A DNA stretch of 64,000 nt from the NCBI RefSeq assembly GCF_004010195.1, contig NC_057719.1, forward strand, positions 81,702,850 through 81,766,849, in the 5' to 3' direction. Both the position numbers and the translations under genes were made by a program. Below the pieces are notes generated by a model. It saw only the letters and a program-made list of their open reading frames with translations. It did no database searches and was not told the DNA's origin. Origin of the DNA: Chiloscyllium plagiosum (taxonomy: Eukaryota). Positions 13,860 to 27,966 of the stretch are shown here, in pieces; within the stretch, counting starts at the first letter, position 1; each line of letters begins with the position of its first letter.

Positions 13860-13962
13860 TAGTTCTGAGGAAGGGTCATTTGACCCAAAATGTTAACTCT
13901 GATTTCTCTCCACAGATGTTGCTGGACTTGTTCAGCTTTTCCAGCAATTTCTGCTTTTGTTC
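13860..13962 (+). mobile_element. Short decayed PLE end (another family)
   Basis: CTGAGGAAGGGTCATTTGACCCAAAATGTT; reverse-complement homolog at about 48362-48460. Confidence 0.6.
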
Positions 13963-14262
13963 CTAATTATACTCCCGAAAGCTCTGCTCTAAATTTTACG
14001 TACTGTCAAACAGTCTGAGAAAATATTGAAAATTTTCAATTTATTCACTCTTCACAGAGCTGTTGTAGTAGAGGAGGCTGTCATTTGACCCATTATGTCT
14101 ATGACTGCTCTTCACGGGATCAACTGACTGAATGTGACTCTCCAACCCTCTGCCATTATCTACATATTCTGCCTTTTCAGGTAAGGAGCAAAGTATTCTG
14201 TTCTAGGATTACTAAGTGAACTGGTGGCTTAGTCAAACCCAGTTCCGTCAGGTTTAAGTTTC

Positions 14263-14550
14263 TATAGAATCATAGAAACCCTACAGTGTGGAAGCAGAAA
14301 ATTCTGTCCATTGAATCCACACCAACCCTCCAAACAGCATCCCACCCAGACCCACCTCACTTTGAGCAATTTAGCATGTCCAATCCACCATCCTGCACAT
14401 CTTTGGACTGTAGGAAGAAAGAGGAGCACCCACAGGAAATCCAAGCAGACGTGCAAACTCCACACAAACAGTTACACAATGGCGGAATCGAACACAGGTC
14501 CCTGGCACTCCGCTGCAATGGTGTCAACCACTGTACCACCATGCTGCCCC
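14263..14550 (-). mobile_element. HE1-type SINE
   Basis: Reverse-complement similarity to 48519-48837. Confidence 0.8.
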
Positions 14551-16039
14551 TTTTGGGTGTGAGATCCATGGTTGATATTCCTGCCCTGCCATAATTTGGG
14601 CCCTTAGATGGCCAACTATTGATCACTTGAAGCTACTATCTTGCCAATATTCAGAGTAACTCAGCTGCAAAAGGGCCTGTCACCAGGGGCTGGCCCAACA
14701 AGTCAAACTTTTCACCTCAAGGTGGAACAGTATCATGATCAAAGGCCCTCAATCCCAGATTGAATGACTGAACATCAGGAAGGATGGCAGAGCCACCCTA
14801 CTGCCCTCAGTTCTGACTCCCCTGCCTCCCCATTTCCGCATGACCCCACAAAACCCCCAACCTGACACCTCCTTACCTCACTATTTACCTGTGGCTTTGG
14901 CCCTCCAGGATCCTGAGACTCCAGTTTGGGAGGGGCCGGGGAGAGGTTGTCTCTTGTAAAAGATCTTGAAGTGGATTAATGTTAGTGTTGCATTGGCTCT
15001 GCCCACTCTAAGCAACACACAGTTTGTGAGTGGAGACAAAAAGTTCTATTCCAGCTTTCAGAGGGACCAGTTTCCAGCATCCTCGGGTGCTTGACCAAAT
15101 GTGATTGTACTTATTACTATGGTGCAAAAAACCTTATTATCTAAAAACAATGCCTCTTCTGTAAATCCTCTATAAGTGTATTGTCTCCCACTACACCGTT
15201 CAAAGAACAAAGCAAAGACAAAGGAATATTGGTAGCAGAGACCAACCTCAAGCAACTCACACCCAGTGCTGGAGATGTGAGTACCACAACGTGCCAAAGG
15301 TGGTCAGTGGAGAAATACCATCATGTGGTATCACCTTTTGACTGGTCTTCATTAAAGCTACCTCCAATAACCCTTCTCTGACTTCTGCACCTTAGCCAAT
15401 TTCCCAGCCACGTTTACCTTCAATAATTTGTCTTCAGTTTCACAAAGGGTCACCTCCGGTTAAAAAAAACACAATATTTAGAGAATATGGAGGCTATTGG
15501 TAAGGTCAGCACTTCCATTGTATAGTTACAGCACAGTAAAAGACCATTTGGCCTGCTGTATCTGAGGGGCCTCTTCTAAGAGCAAACCAGTTAGTCTTAC
15601 TTCCTTGCTTTTTGTCCACAGGCATGAGAGTGTGTTTCTTACTTAGATCATGATGCAATCTCTTATGAAATTGAATCTGCCACCGCAACATTCTCAAGCA
15701 ATGCTTTGCAGATCCTAACCACATGCTGCAGAAAAAAACATTTTCTCACATCGTCTTTGGTTTGTTTGACATTTGCTTTTATGTCACTGTGCTCTGATTC
15801 TTGAATCCTCTGCCAATAGAAGCAGTTTCTCTCTATCAGTTCTCTCGAGACTCACTCATAACTTTACACATACCTATTTGTTTCCAATTGCCCTTAAGAA
15901 GGTGTTGGTGAGCCGCCTCCTAAAAGCACTGCATTGCATCAATCATCCCAAGTTACCAACATTGATCAATCAACCTTGGCAATGTACAATGAATGGTATG
16001 AATTGTTCCTCATCTGGTCATGTTAAAACTCTTACTAAC

Positions 16040-16213
16040 CTTCCACAAACAACTCCGTCTGGCTCTAGACATAAAGAATTCAGCAAATATCAAACTCAGA
16101 GGTGTACATGTGGCAACACAGTGAAGCAGTCCAGGCAAAAAGGTTTTTATCTTCCCTGTTTCTATCTTTACCGTCACCTCAACTGGGTCAAAACCATTCT
16201 GTCCGGTATTAAC
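16040..16213 (-). CDS. Candidate internal exon of an unidentified gene (phase 0/0)
   Basis: ttcttccttgctgttcaatgaag|...AAG|gttagt; 58 open codons VNTGQNGFDPVEVTVKIETGKIKTFLPGLLHCVATCTPLSLIFAEFFMSRARRSCLWK in non-repeat DNA; no homolog recognised. Confidence 0.25.
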
Positions 16214-17149
16214 CTTCATTGAACAGCAAGGAAGAATTCCCTACAGCTTCAGGAATTGGTTTATTAAGAACTGCACTACACTACTTCAGGCCACATGCTT
16301 GAACTGGATTTATAACCACACTTCTCCAATGACAGTCAGGTTAGTGATGATCTTTTGATGTCACAGGACACCTAACACCGAAGCGGGAAGCAATACACAA
16401 GACTTTGGATGAGCTTGTGTCCAAGTTAGACCGAGGAAAAATTGTGAATGTGGTAAACCCTAATTAAGACTCCAAAAACAGAGATACATATAACTTATAT
16501 TGTATAACCAACTTGTATACTAAAACATAAAAATGCTTGCTATTTTATAGAAGTCAGAATAATTGAAAGGTTAGGCAGACTGAACATATAGCAATGTGGA
16601 CATTACAACCATCTGCTTAAACCTATTATAATGGTAGGGCTGAGAAGGTAGAATTGGCACCGGTCCATTTTCTTAGGATCAGTCGGGATTAAGGACCAAG
16701 CTACTTTGGATCCCCACATGAAGTCTGCAGCAAAAGATTGGTTTAATCTTTGTTGAATAGTCATAGGTTTATTAAATATTACTCAATAGCTAATTACTTT
16801 AGATATGAGATGCTTGATTCTCTCAGAAGAAAAAAATGAGTCACAGATGCAAGCACACATTACTCCTAGCTACAGGTATACAACAAAACACACCAAATAC
16901 CCCTTTGCTCCTCCCAGAAGTTGTTTAATGTCTACAGCTAATCTCAAATTATCCTTTCAGCTACTACAATGAAACCTGACTCACACCCTGATTAACACAG
17001 CTAACAAACAAGAGAAAGAAAAAGGCTTGCGCATTTACATAGGGTCTTTCATGCTCTCGGCATGAAAGTGTGTTATGTGCCCCTAGCTCCTGACCACCTG
17101 ATTTGCAGCTCCCCAAATGATGCTACACAATTCCCCTGACAGCCCCAGG

Positions 17150-17880
17150 AGAACCAGCCCCAACAGCAAGCCCATGGTCAGCAGGATTCCAGCTCAGGGA
17201 GAGGTCACAGTCACAGAGTCACTCAAGACCAGAGGTTAACTCCATGTCTTGAGGAGGAGTGAGGTGCATTGTTGATGTAGGCTCTGCATGTCCTGGGACA
17301 CGGTCACAGAGTTGCCCTGGATATTGGAGTGGGGTCTGAGAGCTGCAGGAGTGGGAGGTAGGGGTGTGGCTATGAAGGTCATGGTGGTTCAGGACCTCTT
17401 TGTGACTGACTTGTTCCAGTAACCGATGTGTGGCACTGTGTGGGATTTCTCAGTTATGTCCCTACAAATGCATCAGAACAGTGAGCGATGCAATCTTTAC
17501 AAGATCACACAGGGTCATTTTGTACCCCCACAGGGTCAGTACTGCAGACTTAGCAGTAGAGAACAAAACTGGGCTCCCCTAGGTAGGATGCCATTGACTG
17601 TACACACAATGTTCATTAACAGGAAGGGGCTGCACTCCAGCAATGTTTGTTACCACTCGTTACCACTCCCAGGGGGTGTGCGTGTGCCCGCTACTCTGGC
17701 ATGATTCCTACGACCTGGAGCACTCTCATGTCCCTGCTGCATTTGAGGGTCTACAAAGCCTTACAAGGCTGGTCATGGAGAGATAAGGGCTCCCCACTGT
17801 GACCATGACTCATGACATCACTGCACAACCCCTGACTGATGTGGAGGGCTGGTTTAATGCTACTTATACATCACCCGGGA
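17150..17880 (+). pseudogene. Decayed PIF/Harbinger DDE transposase
   Basis: Across frames and in the expected order: LCGISQ..KCIRTVSDAIF, AIDCTH, FINRKGLHSSNV, VCARYSG, HDS, DKGSPL*P*LMT..FN. Confidence 0.8.
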
Positions 17881-20150
17881 AACCGCCTTTTCATTTCAAA
17901 ATATTAACCAGGTATTTTGGATCCATCTTGCCACTTTGCCTTGCATTCCACTTTTCCGACAAATCAGCCATGTGGGACCTTATCTAAAACTTTGACATCA
18001 GACTATATCAAACAAGTTCATCTACTATGGTTATCATCTCTTTTAAAAAATTCAAACTTTACTGAGACAAGACCTTTCCTTTGCCCAATGATATGATATC
18101 CAAAATCAACCAGTAAGAACAAGAACGCTGTTTAAAGGCAATCTTATGAAAGCATACAGGCCTATCCAACTTTTGTTCTCAACTGTTCACCCATAACAAC
18201 TTTCATTGAGATAGCACCTTTCACATATTGAAATTATTCTGGTTGGTTTGCAAGCACGTAGTTAGACAAAGTTGAGCAACACAATAACACCGTGGGAGAG
18301 ACGTGCAAAGATCGATTAGAAAGTTAGGTGGTGAGAAAAAAATGGGTTGAATTTTCACAGCCACTGAATGATATGGGCATTGGCGAGGACATCAAAAGAA
18401 TCACGTGAGATGGACAGCATGGAGCTTCCCAAATCCATGATCAATCAGCTCCACTTTCTATGAGTGTCAAGAGGCCTATTTGTGTTCCATAAATATGTCA
18501 TTATTACCTAATCTTGCCTCTTTGATGTACAGTTTCCAAATTCCCCAACCACTGGATACAAACTAGAAAACACCAATTCCCAACATGAAAGTCAAAGTGG
18601 GTACTTGGCAACTCCAGGTCTCCATCTTGGACACCAAGCAATCAGGCAAGCTCCACGTGTTAACAAGAACCTCCAGGTCGAGGAAAACAGGGTGCCGATG
18701 TTCCTCTTGTCTGACATGTTTGGGGCACTTGACAGGAATTGTGAATGCCAGCTCTAGACTGCCAACCCTTGACCAGGTGTGCGGCTGGGCTTCAAAGATA
18801 GCACCAGTGCCAGGAATCCAGGGAGATCCCTGCACTGACGAGTACTTCTGTCTGTAGTGAGAATAGTAGAATATCACAAGTAGGGCCCCTTAGGGCCATG
18901 GTGCTTGTGTGATGAGGTGAGTTTGGGAAGATGGTGTGAAAAAAAACTCACTCGGGCTCATGGAGACAGACACTTCATGAAACTCTCCGGAACTAATATT
19001 GCTTTCCTGGAAAATTCAGCCCAGTGATGTTTTGTTTATTTTCCTATCACTCGATGAGTCATAGAGTCATAGAGATGTACAGCATGGAAACAGACCCTTC
19101 GGTCCAACCTGGTCCATGAGCTCACACCTCTGGATATATTTTCATTTCTTCCAGTCCTGCAGCCCTCTAGGATCTCAGGACTCCCTCAGTGATCTATGAC
19201 CATACTGTTAGCTGTTTATCCTAAGTCACTGTAATTTCCCCTTGGACCTTTCCCCTCACAACTAAGACACTGGGCAAATATAGGGCCACAGTTTCCAACA
19301 CACCAAAATGGTCATTAAATGATGGAGAAGCAGGGCATGAAGCAGGGATTTTGAATAACGAACAAGCTTATCAAATGGAGTCCACCTGGAGATCCAGGCC
19401 AAGTGGAGAGTCTGGGTCTCCAAAGATCATATAAAATTAAACATTAAGGCAGCCCCCTTTGTAGGGAGGGAATGAAGGAACCTAGAGTTTCCTTAGTTTG
19501 GGTTTGGGATGGTGATTAGAAGGACTCGATACAAAGACAGAAGTAGGCAGAATTTTATTTTCTCACAGGGGGTCAAGAATCTTTGGAACTCTTTTTCTCA
19601 AAAAATAGAGTCGTTGAATATTATTAAGGCAAAAGTAGATGTCTTCTTGATAAGCAAGGGAGTGAAATGTTATTGAGGATAGGTGAAAATATGGAGCAAT
19701 CAGATCAGCCATGATCTAACTGAATGGTGGAGCAGGCTCAAGAGGCCAAGTGGCCTACTCCTGCTCCAAATTCATATGGTCATATGTTTATATGACACTA
19801 TAATTCGTCCAGCCAAAGTCCTGCACCAGGCATTTTGGTCCATTAAACAGGCATGGTACCCTGGGGTGTTACTGAATGCGGGTCAGTGGTTGACATTGGA
19901 GGAGACTTAGCAATCCCAACCCACGGACGTTTAGAACCCACATGTTTTAAAGCTGTAAAACTTTTTCTGGTATACCAACTAAACTCAATGGTAAATGCTA
20001 TGTCCGCCTCATGGGTACCAGTCAGATCAGAGGGCATACAATAGAACTCTGACAATAAGTCATCATCACAGCCTTTGTGGTAAGATACTAGGCATGGCTC
20101 TGATCTCAATATTATAAAATGGTCATACAGGCTGGTTCTATCCTGCAAAT

Positions 20151-20785
20151 TAGAATCATAGAGGTGTACAGCACCGAAACAGACCCTTTGGTCCAACTCA
20201 TCCATGCCAACCAACATCAGAGTCTCATTTGCCAACATTTGGCTCATATCCCTCTAAACCCTTCCTATTCATTATACCCATCCAGATGCCTATTAAATGT
20301 TATAACTGTACCAGCCTCCACCACATCCTCTGGAAGCTCATTCCATACACGCACCATCCTCAGTGTAAAAACCTTGCCTCTTTTAAATCTTTCCTGTCTC
20401 ACCTTAAACTTATGCCTTCTAGTTTTGGACTCCTCCACCCTAAGGAAAAGACTTTGTCAATTTACCCTACCCATGGCTCACATGATTTTATAAAACTCTA
20501 AGGTCACCCCTCAGCCTCCGACGCCCCAGGGAAAATAGCCCCAGTCTATTCAAACTCTCCCTATAGCTCAAACCCTCCAACCCTGGATACCTCCTTATAA
20601 ATCTTTTAAGCTTCATAACATCCTTCCTATATCAGGGAGACCAGAATTGCAATGCAATACAACAATAGTGGCCTAACCAATGTCCTATACAGCCGCAACG
20701 TGACCTCCAAACTCCTATACTCCATGCACTGGCCAATAAAGATAAGCTTTCTTCACTATCCTATCCACCTGTGACTCCAGTTCAC
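20151..20785 (-). mobile_element. HER1/CR1 LINE 3' fragment
   Basis: Begins TAGAATCATAGAGGTGTACAGCACCGAAACAGACCC, the reverse complement of the CR1 tail. Confidence 0.85.
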
Positions 20786-20885
20786 ATGTAATTCTATGAC
20801 ACATCTGATGTTGGTAATCTGAGGTCTGAATGACAGAGTGTAAAATAAAACAGGAAAGAAAGCTGCTTCAGAAATACTGTCTCCC

Positions 20886-20897
20886 TGTGTGTGTGTG

Positions 20898-20932
<35 letters not shown>

Positions 20933-20959
20933 TATAAACTCACACACGCACACACACAC
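20886..20959. repeat. Compound microsatellite (TG)n(TA)n...(CA)n
   Basis: Seen directly. Confidence 0.9.
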
Positions 20960-22384
20960 CTCCAATTCTTCAATTCCTCTATTAAATGGTAAAGACTTCC
21001 AAAATGTTTTACGGTCATGAAAGACAGTACATAAATACAATTCCACCTTTAGTTTTTCCTCTAACTGGTACATTCTTCTTCCTTTGCCCTTTCTGCATTA
21101 TATAACTAAACATCAAGTTCCTTGGACAAATTCTGCAATTGCTGCATAAACAATATTATACTCACTCAATCCCTTCTGGTTCTTGTGCCAATTTCTTCGA
21201 ACATGTATCGGTTGATAATGGACCTTGCTTGCAATGGAAACTGCTTTAACCCATTTGCTCCTCTGAAACCTTCATGTTGGACACCTTTCTTGAACCTTTC
21301 CTGCTCTAAGGGGAACAATTCTAGTTCCTCCATCCTTTCCCTGTAACTGAAAGCCCTCCTCAGACTATTTATTATAGTGAATTTCATGGTGGCTGGTAAA
21401 CAAGTGCGTGGTGATCTCAACAATGATGCATAAATGTCTTTGCATGTCTTTGCTTTTATAAAGTATGTTTCTACTTCTAAAGCAGAGAAGTTTTTCTTTT
21501 ATAAAGCATTATTACCTTGTCCTGTCACCTTTGAGTTATTGAACTGTTTGAAATTGGGACTGGAATCCCAATTTTGTTATTTGGTTCAATGTCAGATTTT
21601 ACTCGATATGAAACACCTTAACGTTAATCACACCGAATTAAGGATGCTGTATGAAGGAAGCGAGTCAATAATGGTTGGTTTTTCACAGTATTGAAATCAG
21701 TCTCAACACACATTCGATTTCCAGAGCCAAGAGAACTTGAAAGCTGACTAAATACAAGTTCATCTTGCTGACATATCAATGCTGTGCTTGTTGCAGCCAT
21801 TTTCCCTCCAGCCATGACTGACTCCCAAGTCGAATAGCCTGAATAGGCAACCAATGTTGGGCAGGGCAGGGGTAGGAAGTGCGTCAACAGTTTTCTGAGC
21901 AGCACAGTCAATCCAAAGTAGCAGGCAACAGAAGGTTTCCCATTATCAACATTCAAGCAATGGCATTTGTACCAAAGAAAACTTCTTTTGACCTGCTGAG
22001 TTAATGTGTAACCTCAGGCAAATGTGAAATATCAGACTTGAAAATTTGACACAAATTCAAAAGACTATACAGAAGGGCTATTTAAAAATGAAGCCAACTT
22101 ATCTTGGTGGGTGGGTTGGGGTGGTGGTTGATTTCAGGTATCCACTCTATAGACTTTAGCATATAAGCCAGCTTGATGCTCACTCTCCTGTAGAATACTA
22201 ATTTGAGGAAGTGAAAGAGTTCTCCTGGCCAGTAGTTATCCCTCTTCAGTGACTGTGACAAGATTAGCCAGGTAGACCCCATAGAATCAGAGTTCCCTGA
22301 CTGCAGCTGTTAACCTGGTCCAATCAGGGAGTCATTCCTGACAGAAAAGGAGTGTTAGACATCCTGTTCACTCAGAGCAAGCTC

Positions 22385-22715
22385 TCTACCTATAGCTCAA
22401 ATCCTCCAACCTATGCAACACTTTTGTAAATCTTTTCTGAACCCTTTCAAGTTTCACAACATCTATCCGATAGGAAGGAGACCAGAATTTCACGCAATAT
22501 TCCAACATTGGCCTTACCAATGTCCTGTACAGCCACAGCATGACCTCCCAACTCCTGTACTCAATACTCTGACCAATAAAGGAAGCATACCAAACACCGC
22601 CTTCACTATCCTATCTACCTGCGAGTCTACTTTCAAGGAGCTATGAACCTGCAGTCCAAGGTCTCTTTGTTCAGCAACACCCCCTAGGACCTTACCATTA
22701 AGTGTATAAGTCCTT
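22385..22715 (-). mobile_element. HER1/CR1 LINE fragment
   Basis: Reverse complement of sequence like 23620-23813. Confidence 0.8.
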
Positions 22716-23354
22716 TAGCTAATACAGAATTGCTTTTAGCATCTTCCAACTCTGTCACTTTGTCCTCTTCGGCACCCAAGCCTTATCTAAAATTTCCACA
22801 GTGTGAAGTCTGGACGAGACAAGAGACGACAAGAAACCAAAGGAAAAGTGGACAATATACAAAATCATAGCACAAATCCTGACAAATAGGACAGGTACAA
22901 GAACAGTAGAGGGTGACAAACGACACAGCAAAAAGCTAAAAAACTGAAAAGAAATTACAAGCATTATCAAAATCAATGCATACGGGTTTTTTTTGCAAAA
23001 AGCTGGTTAGGAATGATGTGGGCCACTTGAGACCTGATATTGTCTCAAAATATAACAAAATGACGGCTGTGTTGAATTTTGGTTGGACTTTCGTCGAGTG
23101 TTGATCCCGCTGGGAGTAAATGTAGGTCATGATCCTCCACGACCAGGCACTGGGATCCAGAGAGCTATTATTGAAGGATCTGCCAGCCTCATTCAATTAA
23201 GGATGAGCTCATGAGGTTGGAGTACCAATAGGAGTTGACCGAGAGGTCAACTGTTCCTACGTTGAAGTAGTGAAGGTCACCCAGAGACAGAGTGAGGGCT
23301 CCCTTAAGATGGATGTACCCTCTGAACCGCTTTTACAAATGTCTAAAACCTAAG

Positions 23355-24098
23355 AGCTGCCACAAGGATCGGTGCTGGGTTCTCTACTTTTTGTCATTTA
23401 CATAAATGATTTGGATGCGAGCATAAGAGGTACAGTTAGTAAGTTTGCAGATGACACCAAAATTGGAGGCGTAGTGGACAGCGAAGAGGGTTAGCTCAGA
23501 TTACAACAGGATCTTGACCAGATGGGCCAATGGGCTGAGAAGTGACAGATGGAGTTTAATTCAGATAAATGCAAGGTGCTGCATTTTGGGAAAGCAAATC
23601 TTAGCAGGACTTATACACTTAATGTAAGGCCCTAGGGAGTGTTGCTGAACAAAGAGACCTTGGTGTGCAGGTTCCTAGCTCCTTGAAAGTGGAGTCGCAG
23701 GTAGATAGGATAGTGAAGAAGGCGTTTGGTATGCTTTCCTTTATTGGTCAGAGTATTGAGTACAGGAATTGGGAGGTCATGTTGCGGCTGTACAGGACAT
23801 TGGTTAGGCCACTNNNNNNNNNNNNNNNNNNNNNNNNNNNNNNNNNNNNNNNNNNNNNNNNNNNNNNNNNNNNNNNNNNNNNNNGTAGTATATGGAGTGA
23901 GCTGCCAGAGGAAGTGGTGGAGGCTGGTACAATTGCAACATTTAAAAGGCATTTGGATGGGTATATGAATAAGAAGGGTTTGGAGGGAAATGGGCCGGGT
24001 GCTGGCAGGTGGGACTGGATTGGGTTGGGATATCTGGTCAGCATGGACAGGTTGGACCGAAGGGTCTGTTTCCATGCTGTACATCTCTATGACTCTAT
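23355..24098 (+). mobile_element. Young HER1/CR1 LINE 3' fragment spanning an N gap
   Basis: [30 protein letters not shown] motifs; tail CATCTCTATGACTCTATG. Confidence 0.9.
23814..23883. other. Assembly gap (70 N)
   Basis: N run. Confidence 1.
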
Positions 24099-25159
24099 GG
24101 TGATCATTTCCTGACCCCAGTTTTCAAATTTCCTTTCTAAATCTCAATCATGTAACTCACATTCTTGGGAGGATGTCAAATTCTTGAGGAGGTTTAGATA
24201 AGATTCACTGAAAGCTGCACGTTATTACGATCAAAGAACTCACTGCTGGTAAAGCAACCTGAAATCCGCAGAAGCGGATTCAGGAGAGATGGTTGTTAGT
24301 TTGTCAGATGCACTTGCAAGTGACGAGAAATAGCTAGGGAGCAGGTTTGGGTGTGAGTTCTGGAAAGTAGAATAAAACAGATGAGGGTTCATTGATAGTC
24401 ACAGAACCTTAAGCACAGAAGGAGGTTGCTTGGCCCATTGTCACCAATACAGTTCTCTGAACAGTCCCGCTTGCCTTTCCTCACAGTCTGTTTCTCTTTG
24501 TCTAATATGAATCAAATTCCCTTTTAAAAGTGGAGTTGGTTGATGGATGCTGCTACCCAGCAGTGTAAGACCACTACAGAAAAAGGTGCACTAGGAATAA
24601 AACTATGTTGACATCCTAGCATCAAATGGATTTTTAAAAAACATGTATCCCTTGTTTGAAGAGGAACATAGTTGTATTGGAGGCAGTTCAGAGGAAGTTC
24701 ATGAGATTGATTCCAGTGATTTGTCTCATGAAGAAAGATTAAACAGTTTTGACCTCTACTCTCTGGAGTTTAGAGGAGATCTGCCTGAGGTACATAAAAT
24801 GCTTGAGGGGAGTGACAAAGTAGACATGGAAAAGATGTTTCTCAAGTGGGACGATCTAGAATGAGAGTTAAGAGTTTTAGGATAAGGGGTAGCAGATTTA
24901 AGACAGAAATTAGGAGAAATAACTTCTCTCAAAGTGGTGGATGCTGGAACATTGAGTAAATGTAAGGAAGAGATAGACAGATTTTTAATTTGTAATGGGT
25001 TGAAGGGTATAGAGAGTGGATAGGAATGTGGAGTTGAGGCCAAGATGATATCAACCATATGCGGGAACATTCAAATGGTTCAATACTGTACTCTTGTGAA
25101 ATGATGCTCTTTTCCCTACTCCATACGTGCAGCTTTAGGAGTTGACCTAACAAAAGATA

Positions 25160-25350
25160 GACACACACAAGCACATACACAAAAACAGACACGCAAAAAT
25201 ATACAATCACATATAGACATATATGCACATACAAACATACACAAATACATACTATCACACAGACAAACTCACATGAACTCACAAACATGCACACACAAAA
25301 AGTACACAAACATATCCACACACAGATGCATAAACGCAGACACACACAAT
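25160..25350. repeat. Degenerate (CA)n-rich simple repeat
   Basis: Seen directly. Confidence 0.8.
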
Positions 25351-25529
25351 CGAAGGAAGTGGTGGGAAATATTCCTCTATTCACTTTAACACTTAGAGTC
25401 AACCAGTTTCAAACTTACGATTTGTTAAGATATGAATCCATTTTCACATTGAAATATTGAGAAAATGTACAGGAGAAACTAATGTTAAAAGCTATCAATA
25501 CTTAGCTTAAAAGAACAATTGCTTGGCGT

Positions 25530-26000
25530 GATAGCTGTGAATCATTTGAAGTTGTGTGTTCCAAGATCCAGCACAGAGAAATAAGTCTACTCTAGAGGTG
25601 CATAATAACATCTGTAACAACAGGTTAATTAGAATTCTTTTTTGTGTAATCCAAACTGATAATTCAATGCAAAGCTGAGGAATTGTCTGCTGTTAGTTTC
25701 ATGTCATATCCAAAAACCAGAACTTCTAAGGCCATGTTGCTCTCTCACATTACTTTGAAGAAATGCAGATATTCTAACCAAACGTTGACTCTCAACCAAC
25801 TTCACATAAACAGACTATCTTCATCAGTATGATATCGAGCATTAACCTGGGAGCATGCTGTGCATATATTGGTTGTTGACATTCCACATTGCCACCAAGA
25901 AAAAAAGCTATTGGTTGTCATGCACTTTTTAGATATCTAGAGGTTGTTGGGACATTGAGATTGTGAAAGGCATTATATAAATGCAAGTCTTTCCTTTATT
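25530..26000 (+). mobile_element. Deu-domain SINE remnant
   Basis: Ends GTGAAAGGCATTATATAAATGCAAGTCTTTCC; similar to the copies at 8380 and 54215. Confidence 0.55.
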
Positions 26001-27966
26001 TTCAGGGAAATAAAAAATTCCCCTTTACATTTTCCTTTTTATTCTTTTTGCTGATTACTTGAAATCTACATCTCCTGAGTACCAACCCTCTCTGCAGTGA
26101 AAAATAAATTTTCCCAATTAACACTATTAGAATTCCTTATCATTTTGCTTGACCTTCTCTGCTCTAGGGAGAATGATCCCAAATTTTCTAGCCTTTCTGC
26201 ATAACTGAAGTCTTTATATCCAGATGCTATTGAGTTAGTCTCACCTGTATCCTCCCCAAGGCCTTGAACTCCTTGCTGAAGTGTGGTACACAAATTACGA
26301 TAAAATACTTCAGTGTTTACCCAGCAATGATTTACTTAATTTTGGCACATTGTCTTTGATTTTATACTCTTATGTTTTTATCTCTGAAGAGCAGAGTCTT
26401 AAGGCAATTTTATTAACATAACCTGCCTGCCACAAAGTACAGATTCGTTGCAAACTAAGACTGGAGACAACCCAAAGATTCTGAGATGTCTGCGTTCCTT
26501 CAAATTCAATCTCTCATATATCCCGCATTCTTATTATTGTACAATTGGCAGACATCACTTCAGTCCCTCAAGACCTGCAATTCCTTTTCCACTGCTCCAA
26601 AGAAGATGATCCTCAAAGCCAACAGCTTTGACCAAGCTTTTGGCCAGCTTCCCTAATGGCTTGGTGTCAAAGTAGCTTTAATCAGTGAGTCTGTAAAGAA
26701 TCTCAGAACATTGTACCGCATTATAAGAGCGGCATTAAATGAAACTTGTTGTTAATGATTAGTCAATCACACTTCTGAATAAGTCCAAAATCAGATGCAA
26801 CTCCCATAAGCAAAAGGAACTAACAAAACAGAAGCCCTTCTCATTGACTATTAATGCTGTGCTTGTTACAGACATCCTGCCTCCAGCCTCAGAGTCCCCC
26901 AGTGTTTATTAGCCATAAATGGCACCTAACAATTACGATTAATACATGTATTTTTGGGATAGGAGTCACCTAGGAACAAAGCTTGACTTTGTCTTTTGAA
27001 TGAGCAGGGGACGCAAAATGTATCAACCAGCACTAATGCTAGTTCTTATGTGAAATGCAATCAATATAAAATAGTGGGTAACTGCATGTTTATAATTGTC
27101 AATGCTCGAACAACACTACTTTCAGGAAAGGAAACCTTCAACAATGTGCAGGGTTTACGTGTAACCTCAGGTGAGTGTGAATTATCAAGCTTGAAATCCT
27201 TGTCCAACTTAACAGAATAAACTAAACAGAAAAGCTATATAAATGCCAGAATGACAGAAGTTTGCCTTGAAAAATGAATAGCCCTTATAATTTCCTTCCC
27301 TATATCCCCTTTCTACACAGACTGCAACACTTACTCCCAAACAATACCACATTGGCTGCTGGGATTCAGTGGGCAGAAAGTCTTGTTTTTTCTGCAGAAG
27401 ATTTATCCTCGTGCTGTCCCACCTTGTTGATGGTGCCTTCTTTCAGCTGGGGCATCGGACCAAGTCCCCTCCTAAGGTCTCAAAAAGTAAACAATCCTAT
27501 GGGTGCTAATTCAGAACTAAATGGGGGGGGGGGGGTTCTGTGGCCAATTCTGTCCCTCAGCCAACATCAAGAAAAAAAAAGACAATTGTTACTTATGGAA
27601 TCAAGCAGCACAGGAAGTCAATCAAATTGCCATTTATAGGAGCTTGCTGTAATAACAATGACTCTTGATTTCCAAGATTACACCTATGGCTATCCAAAAA
27701 GTATTCCATTCGCTGTAAGATGTTTTTAGATGCCTTGAGGGCATGTGAGATGATTTGCAAATGGAAGCCTTTCTTTCCTTCTTTTAGCTACTTGCATTTG
27801 CCCTATGTTTTCAAATGATACAAATAAGTCAAGGAATTTTACAATGGAACCAAGGGATCCAAGCAGTGCTGTATGCAGGAAAGACGATGGAAGCTTTTGC
27901 AGACAGGATGTATTGGAAAGCAGTCTCAAAGATTAGGACCAAAACTGGCAAGAACTCTACACTTGC

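Noticed and set aside
24161..24332. Two possible minus-strand exons (YFSSLASASDK..., ESYLNLLKNL...)
   Set aside because: They are separated by only 36 nt and their phase-2 starts do not fit the neighbouring candidates; probably chance.
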